The notes under the pieces were generated by a model, which worked only from the letters and a program-made list of their open reading frames with translations, was not told the DNA's origin and did no database searches. From Perkinsus chesapeaki ATCC PRA-425 (lineage: Eukaryota; Protista; Perkinsozoa), in contig JAAPAO010000367.1 of the NCBI GenBank assembly GCA_013115145.1, positions 1 to 35,685 on the forward strand: 35,685 bases of DNA. The letters are read 5' to 3'. Below are positions 13,888-26,272 of the stretch, one piece after another (within the stretch, counting starts at the first letter, position 1; each line of letters opens with the position of its first letter). Both the position numbers and the translations under genes were made by a program.

Positions 13888-14048
13888 AAACAACAAAAAC
13901 AACAATCACAGTCCATTAGTAATTATAAGAGTGGTCTTTGTAGAAAGCGCTCGCCCATCTAATCGATTATAATATAATTGTTGGTATTGCTGTGGGGGGG
14001 CTGGTGGCTTTGATGTTGTTGTTATTGTTGTAGTGTTATTGATAATAA

Positions 14049-15529
14049 ATGCAGGAGGTACAAATAAGGAATACATTTATTGAAGTACATTCATCAGATG
14101 AAGATGATGATGATGTAATGGCAGTAGTATAATATATTATATATATAATTATTAGGGTCTACCAAGGTCAACATCAGATCAAACACATGCAAGGAAACAT
14201 CCTATTAAAAAAGTAGTTGTAGCACCAACAATACAATCAATACCAGAAGATGAAGAAATAGACAATAATAATTTAAATAGAACAAAAGCAGCTATTATAA
14301 AAGATAATAATATACTTCCACCGGTGCCACCTAGTAATCCAGCTGTTGGATCATCAGTAAATGGGTAATATATTAAATATTATTATATATTATTATTTAT
14401 AATATTAGAATACCTGCTTATAATAGTTATGATAATTATTATATACAAGGACAAGATGGTGGTTATAATGATAATAGATATGTAATAATAATATATTATT
14501 ATATTATTATATTATTATTAGATTAATAATGATATATATAATAATACCGGTTATTATTTTAATCAACAACAAGTACAACAGCACGTACAAGAAGAAGATC
14601 ATCACAGAGCACAAAATAGACAAGAGGAATATTATCATAACCACAATCGTGGACAATCATCTTATTATCATCATAATAATAATCGTGATAGACGACATAT
14701 GGTGGAATATAATATAGAAGAAGTTAATGTTGGTAGACATTGTTGGCATATTGATGCTGAAACTATGGGTACATTATCCGATGATTTAAAAACATTTACT
14801 AAATTACAATATGAAGGTAGACTAAGTATGGTTACAGAAGAACAGATAAGGAGACATGGTAATAATAATATTAATAATATATTATTACTACTAGTAATAA
14901 TAGGTGTACATCGTTATATGGTATCATTTGATAAAGGTGAGATATCTCCAGCTGATGGTGTTGGTTATGCATTTAGTTCGCAATTACCGTGTAAGAAGAA
15001 TATACAAAAGTAATATCATAATGATAAATATATTAATTAGTATGATGATTATTAGGATTGATTCGATATTCTTAAATAGACGTGGTCATATATGTTCACG
15101 TACTCATTCGGATGTAAGTAGAAGACACGCTTTCGTAGCACCATTAGAAGAAGGTAGAGTTGTTGATTTAACTGTTGATGTTGATCGTTGTTTAATATAT
15201 TTTGGTGTTTGGTCACCACCACCAACGTTACAGAGGTAATAGTCATGTTGTCAATAATATAAACAATTAGTAATAGGCCCGATAAGTTAACTCCAGATTA
15301 TGTTATTAATAATTATCATCTATTAGCCTGTTCTACAGTTGAGTTTGGTGATGTTGCCTCTACATGTCGTTATGGTAATAATAATAAGGCATCATCATCA
15401 TCTGGACCACCTTCTGCTGCTGCTGCTATTAATAGTATATTATTATCAGGTTCAACAGGTCATTTCTGTACTGTATTAAAGAATACTAATGTTACTGTAT
15501 CATTTATATGTCCTGATGTTAAAAAATAA
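14049..15529 (+). CDS. Uncharacterised protein with an N-terminal IRNTFIEV motif and a conserved-looking beta-rich C-terminal domain, multi-exon
   Basis: MQEVQIRNTFIEVHSSDEDD, then a high-complexity region HCWHIDAETMGTLSDD..VHRYMVSFDKGEISPADGVGYAFSSQLPCKKNIQK|IDSIFLNRRGHIC, ending GHFCTVLKNTNVTVSFICPDVKK-TAA. Confidence 0.7.
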
Positions 15530-15645
15530 TAAAAGTAATAATACAACTAGTACTGCTACTACTACTCATATCAACAGCAACAGCAGCATAATCCCTATTT
15601 CTTGCTACTACTGCTACTACTGATGTTGATAATGTTGATGATACT

Positions 15646-16843
15646 ATGATTTACAGAAGTATTATGAATAGGAATATATTCTCAAAATAGTAAATTGATA
15701 TTGTTGTTGATGTTATAGTGTTACTAATAATAATATAGTATTATTATGGTTGTTAAAATTATTAATGGTAAATATTGTAAATATATAAATAAAATAGTAA
15801 AGAATAATAATATTGGTATAATAACATTAGGAAATAAAGATAATAATGGTAATTATGAATGGGGAACTAGAAAGTGCGAAAATAGGTAATAATATTAATA
15901 TCAATAATTGGTATTATAATAATAGATTCACATTAATGATGTTAAATGAGTTAAATGATATGATAGATAATATATATAATGATGAAACTATTAATGGTAT
16001 TATTATAACACAATATCATGATAATAAGTAGTATTATTATCAATAATAGGAGTTTTAATATTAATAATAATAGGTTTTGGTCAAATGGTATTGATTTAAA
16101 ATGGTTATCATATAATAAAGATAAATGCAATGATTTGGTTATACAGCTTGAAAGGTAGTAGTATATAATAATAGTTTTATTATTATTCTCTCCATTAGTA
16201 GATTAATGAGTAATATATTAACAATACCTATACCCAGTATAGCAGTAATGACTGGTCATGCTACGGCTGCTGGTCTATTATTAGCAATGTCATGTGATTA
16301 TCGTATAATTTATAATAATAATAATAGTTATTATTTTATACCTGCTGTTAAATTAGGTTTATATTATACTGAAGGTGATACTGATAATAATAATAATAAT
16401 ATGATATATATTGATGATATATTATTATTAGGTATGATAGAGCTTATTAAAGGTAAAGTGAATAATAATGTAAGTAGAGATATGTTATGTTATTCAAAGA
16501 GATATAAAGGTATTGATGATATTAATAATGCTGGTTTAGTTGATTACATTATTAAATATAATAATGATATTGATAATAATGCTATTGATATAATTATTAA
16601 TGTAAGATATACAATATTATTAATAATTATTATAATTATTAATAGGAGTTAAATCCATATAATAGAACATCATTACAACATGTTAAGGCCAATTTATACG
16701 GTAATATAATAAATAATATGAATAATAATAATAAAAGAGAAGGAGGAGGAGGAGGAGGAGATATTCATGATGATGGGTGGCCCCTGGATTTAATGGGCTT
16801 ATCAAGTATGATGAATATGAAGTTGTTGTCCTCTAGTTTATAA
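15646..16843 (+). CDS. Enoyl-CoA delta isomerase (crotonase superfamily), multi-exon
   Basis: NRFTLMMLNEL, FWSNGIDLKW, IPSIAVMTGHATAAGLLLAMSCDYRI and IPAVKLGL. The C-terminus is SSL-TAA. Confidence 0.85.
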
Positions 16844-17107
16844 TTATTTAATAATAATATAAGTAACCAGTATTTAGTTTATCAATAATATACCTTTTAA
16901 GAAGGCTGTCGTCGTCGTCGTCGCGGATAGCATGATAATGATTATTATTATCTGTCCTTAACATTAGTAGCATCATCATCATCAGCATCATCGAAACCAC
17001 CAGCGCTGCTTTCATTCGCTGCCTTAAGGATGATGATGATGATGTTAGATGTTAGATGTGGTTATTAAATGATGTAATAGTATTATAATAATGTTGTCAT
17101 TAATATA

Positions 17108-18693
17108 ATGATGATTATATTTGGGGGTTGTTATAATAATAGTGTGATAAAAAGGAATATATATATTATATGTTTTATTATTATATTATTCATTTGTACT
17201 ATTATAATAAATATGGATATAATAAAATATTATGTAGTAATAATAATAAACATTAATAATATATTTAATATCATCATCTTATTAGACTACCACCGGTGAT
17301 GTCTATAATAATAATACATCATTAATAATTAAGAATAAAGATTATAACTATACAATTCTAAATAATAACGTATCATCATCATATCCATCATCATTAAAAA
17401 TGTAGTATTGATATAATTGTTGTTGCTACAGTTGTTGTTGTTGTTATTGTTATCAGTTATGTGTGGGATAATAATGATATCGATGGTAATATAATATATA
17501 ATATTGGTAATGAAGTATATGAATTACGTAAAGATGAATTAGATAATCCGCAATTATCACATAATCAATATTTACCAGAATTATTAGTAATAATAATACT
17601 ATGTATAATTGATATTATTATTATAGAGACTATACTATAATCGACTATGTAGATACATAGATCATTATTAAATCATCCATGGAGGGTTAATAATATATAT
17701 AATGCAGATATAATATTTGTACCTTATTATGGTAGATTAACCAAAGGAAAGGGTTTGGTAAAATATCGTAATACTATGATAAATTCAACATTAAATATAT
17801 TAAATAAATGTATTAATATAATTAATATGAATAATAAATATATACTTATGATACATTCTAGCACACGAGATTGGCCAACAATATTTAATAATAAAGATTT
17901 ATATAATTATTTATTAAATGATAATGTTATCGTTGCAACGTTTGAAGGTTCAAAAGGTGATGAACGAGAATATGCTTATAAATTTAATAAATATAAAGAT
18001 ATATCAATACCATATACTATACATTATAAATATATTATTAACGCATATAATAAAATTAATAATATTACCAATATTAATATAATAAAGAATATATTTATTG
18101 AATTGACCTGTTCATCATCATCTAATCCATATCGTAAATATATTGGTAAAATATTGAATAATTCTAAAGAACTATTTAATAAAAATATACATATTAATAT
18201 AATTAATAATAATAGTAATATTAATATAACAAGTAGTATGAATCATATGTTACAGAGTATATTTTGTTTGATACCAAAAGGAATAACATCATCATCAAGA
18301 AGATTATATGAAGCTATAATTAATATATGTATACCAATAATATTAAGTGATAATTTTAAAGTACCCTATACTAATTATTATAGACATAATAATGATATTA
18401 ATCATTATGGTATTGTTAATAGTAGTAAATTTATTATTAAATGGAACGAATCAAATATTAATAATTTAGCAAAATATTTAATATATAATATAAGTAATAA
18501 TACAATATTATCAATGCAATATGAACTATTAAAAATTAGAAATATATATATTTATAATAATCAACCACCATATTGGTACTATCACAATCATTATAATAAT
18601 AATGAAGATTATTATCATTACGATGCAACGCATGCATTATTAAAGGTCATTAATAATAGAATCATACGTTATAATAATAATAAAGTGACGTGA
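17108..18693 (+). CDS. Exostosin-family glycosyltransferase (GT47), type II membrane protein, multi-exon; start tentative
   Basis: N-terminal hydrophobic IYIICFIIILFICTIII, then QYLPELL|IHRSLLNHPWRV..ADIIFVPYY and FCLIPKGITSSSRRLYEAIINICIPIILSD. Confidence 0.85.
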
Positions 18694-18812
18694 ATAACAA
18701 TGACAACCATCATCATCATCATTACATCTGTGTGTTTGTTAATAATAGTCAATAACAAAATCATCTTAGTCATCATCAATTTTTAGTGTTATTACCATTA
18801 TGGTTATTATAA

Positions 18813-19324
18813 ATGTATAATAATAACAATACGAATAACAACAGCAGCAGCAATAACAAGAAGAAGCCTTCATTGAGAGGACATAATAATAATCCAATAA
18901 TAGATAGTGACTATTATTATAGAAGGATAGAGCAACAAGAAGAAGAAGAAGAAGAAGCTGAGTGGGGGTGTAACAAGAAGCGTAGAGTGCATTACCATGA
19001 ATCAATAACATCAACAACAGAGATGGGGGGGAGGTCGACGATGATGATGATGACGAAGAAGATGGTAAGGAAGAATAATACTAATAATGGAAATAATAAT
19101 ATGTATATGAATGATGATGAAGAGCAGCAGCAGCCACCGGATTCTGGTAGACGTGGTAGTAGTAATAATAATTATAATGTTAATGTTAAAATAATCAAGT
19201 ATTAGGTATTGATGATAATAATGATAGGGGGATAAGTTATAATAATTATAATATGCTTTATTTATTACGACTAAATGCTGATGTTAGAAAAGAGTTACTT
19301 AGTAAGATACCTAGACAAGATTGA
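18813..19324 (+). CDS. Small low-complexity hypothetical protein (one predicted intron)
   Basis: ORF 18813..19205 can splice (GT at ~19161, AG at ~19205) to IDDNNDRGISYNNYNMLYLLRLNADVRKELLSKIPRQD-TGA. No family recognised. Confidence 0.35.
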
Positions 19325-19533
19325 GATTGATGATGATGAATTATTATTATTAATCATATACTACTAGTAGTAGTATATTATAACAATAATATGAATACGT
19401 ATAATATTATTAATTTGCATAATAATAATTAATTATTATCATCACTGTCATCATTGTTGTGTTAAGTATTATTATTAACTTAATTCCACCCCCAAATAGT
19501 ATTATTGTTATTTTACCCTCATTATTATTTATT

Positions 19534-19790
19534 ATGTTGTTGTCGCCTGACAGTGCTGCTGCTGGTAGTAGTAATAATAACGACCACGATGATGATGATA
19601 TATTTATTAATGCACAAAGGAATCTGGCTGATACATTTGTACCATCAGTAGTATTATCATCTATAATAATATTCTCATCATTGAATTTAATTATTATAGG
19701 TACTCTTACAACGAGATAATGAAAAAGAATATATAATATCATTTATTAATAAATCAACGTCATCATCAGCAGCAGCATCATCATCAGCAG

Positions 19791-19822
<32 letters not shown>

Positions 19823-21876
19823 GCAGCATCATCAACGAAAAGCAGCAGCAGCTTTACTCGGTCGTCTTCTCCTTGTCGTTCATTATATATATGTGGATGC
19901 CCTGGTAGTGGTAAAAGTTTAACATTACGTATAGCTATAAATGAATGGTTAATAAATAATAAAAATAAAGCTGATATTATTAATATTAATGCAATGTCAT
20001 TAAATCAACCAATTGATTTATTTACTAATATTGTGAGTATCTTTTATAATAATAATATTTATAAATTATACTGCTACCTGTTTATTAAAATTAGTTACGT
20101 GAAGCTGTCGGATTAAAGTGTATATCAACATCATCATTAACAACAACAGGAAGAAGCAGCAGTAGACCATATAGCCGCAGCAGCGGCAGTAGCAGTAGAC
20201 GATTAGGAGCATCATCATCATGTATACGTAATGGTGTCAGCAGGGATAAATCGGAATTGTTGGAGGAATCGGTATGTAATAAAATTAGGAATTAATAATA
20301 ATGTACTTATTATAATTATTATCAGGTGAAAGATATTATAAATGTATTAAATAATAAAAGAAAAAGAAGTATTATAGTTATTGATGAAATTGATGCTTTA
20401 CGTTGTAATAGTAATAATAATAATAGTGGTGGTGGTGGTTGTGGTGGTATATTATTATTGTAATAATTAGGTATAAATAATAGTAGAGGAATAAGTAATG
20501 ATGATGATGAATTATCATTATTACGTATATTATTTGATATGAGCCTTGTATGTGATAAATTAACAATAATAGGAGTTGCTAATACCATAGATATAGCTAG
20601 ACGATTAACAACCTCACCATCACCACCACCACCATCACGATTAATACCATACTGCAATCATGATGTAATAATAATAATATTATCTAATAATATTATTATT
20701 ATCCGACTTTTCAGAATAGTAACAATACTAAAATAGAAGAACTGATCTTTAAACCATATACACATGAACAATTAAAATGTATAATAAAACAACGTCTTAC
20801 AATTATTAAAGATAATAATAATTATAAAAGTGATTTAATTATTAAGGAAGTAGCATTAGATTTAACTTGTAGAAGAGTACTAATAATAATAATATTATAT
20901 AAAATTATTATAGCTTATTATTATTATAGGTAGCTTCTATACACGGGGATTGCCGTAAGGTACTAGATGTATGCAGAAGAAGTGTAATAAATAATAATAA
21001 TAATGATGGTGTATTAGAAACAATTAAGGTAGTAATAATAATCATCATCATATGTGAATATATCTACTACTTACATTATTATTAAGATACTTGATAAATG
21101 TTATAATAGTAAGGATAATGATGAAATTGACAAAACAATCGCGTTATTACCATTTCAACAACAGGTAGTAGTAATAATATTAATAATAATGCATTATTAA
21201 TATTATGTGTACAATATATTATTAGATGGTATTAGCATCTTGCTTAGCAGCAGCATCAGCATCAGCCACTAGTAGTAGTAATGATGATGGTAGTGTTGCA
21301 ATTAAAGATCATCATCATCAACAACAAGAAGAAGAACACTTTGCGTGGGGTGGTGATATTAATATTGATGATGTTAAATATCATTTAAATGAGTCATATT
21401 AATAATATTTTGAAGTAGTAATAAGAGTAATAATCAGATATATTAATAATAAAAGATTGAAGTCAATAAGAATATCATATGAAGTATTAAATGATCATTT
21501 AAAAGCAATAGCTGTAATAATAATAATATTTGTTATTATTATTATTGCTATACAAATGAATACATTATATCATCGCCTCCCCAGGCTACGGGACTAATAA
21601 CAATATCAACAGGGTCAGGATCAGGAGGAGGGAGTAGTCGTATAGTTAGATTACCACCAATACGACGTAAGAATCTAAGAAAGAGACAAGAAGGAGGAGG
21701 TGGAGGAAGAGGGATGACAAATGGTATAAGAATTAGGTATATATAATTGGTTATATTATTATTATGTTATTATTGTTATTGTTAGATTAATTGCACCTTT
21801 AGAATCTCTATTGCATGGCATATTAACTTGTAATGAAGAACATTTTCAACATCTTTATCAATTAATATCAAGATAA
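19534..21876 (+). CDS. CDC6: Cell division control protein 6 (Cdc6/Orc1-type AAA+ ATPase with winged helix), multi-exon
   Basis: PS|VLLQRDNEKEYI, Walker A SLYICGCPGSGKS, INAMSL, Walker B IIVIDEIDAL, sensor-1 IIGVANTID, FKPYTHEQLKCIIKQRL, sensor-2 GDCRKVLDVCRR and LPFQQQ. Confidence 0.87.
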
Positions 21877-22040
21877 TGCTGTTATTATAATAATAATAAC
21901 TACTACTAATAATAATATTAGTAGATAAAATAATAATATGATAATGAAGATGATGCTGATCTATTTATGATATATAAAATCTTATTGAGTTGTTATAAAC
22001 ACAATACCATTAATTAATAATAGTACAATATCATTCAGCA

Positions 22041-24370
22041 TTAACCAGCCAATTTAAGTTTAACAACTAAGGCACCACCACCACTTTTACTACTACCTCG
22101 AGATGTTTTATTATTATTATTTAATGCATCATCAATTAGCTGTGATGTATTATTATAACGTAATAAAGGTGGTGCAAATTGTCTTTCTAATTCTTCTTCA
22201 GAGTTTAATTCTCTTTCTTCAGTTGTTAAATTATGATTACCTAATAATGACGTACATAATAATAATAATAATACTACTATATACCTTTAGTAACAATCCT
22301 ATATACACCACCACTACTACCAGCACCACCATTTGAAGTCGAGTATGTTGTAGCAGGGGCGGCAGCAGCAGTTACTAATCTAACTGGTGGCTCAACCTAA
22401 TAATAAAGTATATTAATATCTAACAATAGCTGCTCAATAATCCTACTACATTTCTTCTTGTTGTTGATGATGATGATGCTATTGTTGTTGTTGTTGGTTG
22501 TTGTTGTTTTATTAATTTACTAAAATTATCTTTTTGTATTTTATCTTGAGCTTCTTTTAATTTATCTTCTTTATATTCTTTTCTTTTCTTTTCTTTACGA
22601 TATTTATATCTTCTATCAATCTGTGTTTTCAATATATTCATCGTATTATATGATAATTTAGGAGGCTGTATAAAATCAACATCAATAATACTTCCTGTTG
22701 ATCCAATCATCAAATGTGATAATGATCTATACTTTTTACGTATAGATATATCATCAATAAATATATCATTTACACCCATAATACGACATTCAATAGTACG
22801 TGGTAGCTTATACCTATTGTTGTTTTTATTATTATAATAATATAGTAATTATTATTATTACATTAGATGAAAGGAATCATGTGATTTACCCGTATATTCA
22901 ACCATAAGACATTTAAACCATAATGGATCTAGATAAATATGTAATCCACCACTACAACCATTATTTGTTAATAATTGATACATATATACTACACTACTAT
23001 CACTTCTTTTAATAATATCATCATCTTCATCTTTAATCATTTTATTATTATCAGCTTTTATTATTATATTATTAGTAATATTATCAGGTTTAAGAATAGC
23101 CACATCATCATAAGCCTCATCATCACTATCATCATCATCATCATCATCATCTTCATTGTTATTATTATCATACTCTTTAAGTTGTTTTAATACATATTCT
23201 TGTGCCATATAAACACCCATTGCTTCTAAATCATCTACCCATTCTTCATTATTTATTCTATTATTTAACCTTAATATGTACATATATGTATGCTGATGCT
23301 CTTGTTGTTATTATTATTACCTTTTAAGTTCTCTATTTAATATTCTATTTATTTGTTTATTATTAACTCTAACAACACGTGAATATCTCCAGCCAAAATC
23401 AATACCCTATCATTATTACTATAACATTAATATATACTTAATATTACTTACTAATCTTGGTGGTATCTGTATTCTTGTTCTAGTTTTATTATTATTAATA
23501 GCTCTAACATCATCATCATCATCAACACCTTTACTATTATAATAATAATGTTGTAATAATGATGAATTGAATGGTCGACATACACCATCAACAACCTCAC
23601 ATAAAGTAAATTTAACAATCTAGCAACAACGGATATAACAACAATTAGATCAATAATAATATTATTAACATAATTATTATTACATCACCCTTCTTCGGCT
23701 GCTGCTGCTGCTGTTTATCATCATCATCTTCTTCAGCAATCTCAATCCGTACTGGTTTGAGCTCATTCAGCGTTAATGCAACATTACATACACAACATTG
23801 ATCTGATAATAGTTTTAATAACAAGAACAACAAGTAGTATTAATATTGTAGATTTATTATTATTATTATTACTATATCCTTCTTGTTGTAAATATCTTAT
23901 TGCACATGATAAACACATGACATGACCACATTGTGGCATTGTTGGTATATCTGCTTTACATAAACATATCGGGCATATCGGTAATAATGATTTATACCAT
24001 ATATTAATATCAACACAAACAACATTATTCCATTGTATAATATAATCAGGATCTAATTAACATTACCATAATAATAATATAGCTAATAATTACCTATTAA
24101 TTTATTATTAATATCTTCTTGTATTATATTATTACTCATCACACCATTATTATTATCTTTTATTAACAATCTATATGTTTGTGCAAATTTACCAGTCATT
24201 CTATTGTAGTAGTAATAATATGATGAAGATGAGCCACTTTTATCATTATATCCACCATAATGCTGTCTATGATGTCTTTGTTGTTGTTGTGGGGGGTAAG
24301 ATACGAAGCCAGCCAACTCATTGGTGGCATTCAACCAGCCATGCTTTCCGGAAGTGTTTTTCCTAGACAT
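22041..24370 (-). CDS. RNF10: RNF10 / Mag2-like RING E3 ligase, multi-exon
   Basis: RING CPICLCKADIPTMPQCGHVMCLSCAIRYL..CCVCNVALTLNELKPV, then LHIYLDPLWFKCL, RKKYRSLSHL and a basic coiled tail IDRRYKYRKEKKRKE. Confidence 0.78.
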
Positions 24371-24533
24371 TTATTATTATGATTATGTTTACAACAACAA
24401 CATCTATAAATAATGTACACTAATAACACCACAGTTATCATTAGTAACAGCAACAACAATAACAATAATAATCACAATAATAATCACAGCAGTCATCACA
24501 GTAATCATCACAGTATCATGCAGAGTGTCTTTA

Positions 24534-25896
24534 CTAAGCAATAATAACATTATCGCATGATTGTTGTTGATGATGTATATAAGATGTTCTAAAACCATCT
24601 ATTGATGATGTATTATGTTTATTAATTAATGCTGCTGTGTTATTATCATAACTTCCTGGTCCAACTTTTTGATATCGTCCAGTAGTTGTTAATTTAGTAA
24701 AATCAGTTCTTCTACCAAAACCCCCTAATCCATTTAATCCCTTGCCTTCTTGTTTATTATTCTAATAATAATAATTATTATTATTATATTATTTATATTA
24801 CAGTATTATTATTATTATTAAGTAGTAATAATGATGAGCTATTATTATGTGAATAATATAATGCACCAGATGGGCTACTAGTAGATAATAATTGATTATT
24901 ATTAAATCTGTCTGCTTTGCTGAATGTACCTTTATTACTGCTTGGTCTGCTGCTGTTGCTATTATTACCATATTTCCTATTCATAATAATAATAATGAGG
25001 CTATTATTATTACATTAAATAATCATCATTAAATATATCAGTGATATTATTATTAATCTTTTTAATATATTCCATCCCTGGATCTATTAATGGTAGTCCA
25101 ATACGCCATTTTGGACTATTATTATTGTTATTATTATTGGATAATAATACCGACGACAATACGCATTTACTTCGCACTGATATCGGCGATGATGATGATG
25201 ATGATGTTGATATGTATCTTATATATTGTATTTTACATAAAATATTATTATTATTACCCCAAATCATTATTATCATCATCATTCTGAGTTTCCATATTAT
25301 TATCTTTACCATTATTATATTTGAAAAACATACTTCCAAATGATGTACGTCCTATTATATTTGTAATGAATAACAACAACAACGTTTATTATTATTACTA
25401 CCTTTAATAGTAGTTTTACAATATTTATTACCATCTAATGGTGATGTTGTTTTATTAATACTTATATTAGATTTATATGATAGTGGTCCAACTATAATCA
25501 TGATCATAATATTAATAAATATACTATTATATTATTACTACTACAACTTACCTCTAGTATTATAATCATTTATATAATTAGGTCTACATCCATATCCACC
25601 TAACCTATTAATTGGCCCTACTATTCTTTTACTACCATCATTCAATGAAGATGATATATCTTTATTATTACTATTTACATTTGTACATATTGATGCTTTA
25701 TTAATTACTTTATTAGTATCCCTAATAATATTATATGTCGTATTATGAATACATGTTGTATTATATATTACTTGAATCTATTACATTTACCAAATGTTGT
25801 AGATGTTGCATTTATTATCATACCAGATTCCCGACTAACTAATATTATATCATTCTTATTATTACTATCTCTATTGCTGCTGTGGCTAAAAGCCAT
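24534..25896 (-). CDS. SHIPPO-repeat / STPG (ODF3-like) ciliary-type protein, low complexity, multi-exon
   Basis: Repeated motifs TFGKCNRF, VGPLSY, GTFSKADRF and RRTDFTK..VGPGSYD, with consistent GT-AG introns. Confidence 0.5.
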
Positions 25897-26078
25897 TATT
25901 ATTAAACTAATTATAATATTAACTCGTCCGATCAATCACATATCATCCTTCAGTCAACCAAGTATCATTATCTATGTTTCATTCTGGTTCATATCCCTAT
26001 TTGAATCTAGGTATCCACGACGTGTCCTTGTGGGTCTTTATGACGTTTCCCTGCCAACAAAAATAAATACAGTAAAAA

Positions 26079-26150
26079 TGTCGAAGGTAGGATTTGAACT
26101 ATAACCTCTTGTGTGTTAACGTGACATACTAACCGTTACACTACTACGTC
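26079..26150 (-). pseudogene. Degenerate tRNA-like gene (AAC in the anticodon position)
   Basis: 72 nt: GACGTAG-TA-GTGTAACGGTTAGTAT-G-TCACG-TTAACAC-ACAAG-AGGT-TATAG-TTCAAAT-CCTAC-CTTCGAC-A followed by TTTTT. A box, B box and terminator are present. The acceptor stem pairs 5/7, and the anticodon and T stems are largely unpaired. Confidence 0.6.
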
Positions 26151-26272
26151 TGGTTTACAGCTGTTATAGCTTAAGATAGCACTAATCTTAATGGTGATGA
26201 GGATAGATGAGGAAAATATGTAGGATAAAGTTTTATGGAAATATTATTAGGTTATTATTACTCTTCACTGAT

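Noticed and set aside
16920-17045. Hairpin ggatag...ctgtcc and catcatc/gatgatg-bracketed segment as a SECIS or C/D snoRNA
   Set aside because: Pairing comes mostly from cat/gat/att triplets. There are no convincing C/D boxes and no upstream in-frame TGA.
25990-26075. ATTTTTG Sm-site-like motif plus hairpin on the minus strand (snRNA or SL RNA)
   Set aside because: No U1/U2/U4/U5 or DinoSL (CCGTAGCCATTTTGGCTCAAG) sequence match, and T-runs are common here.
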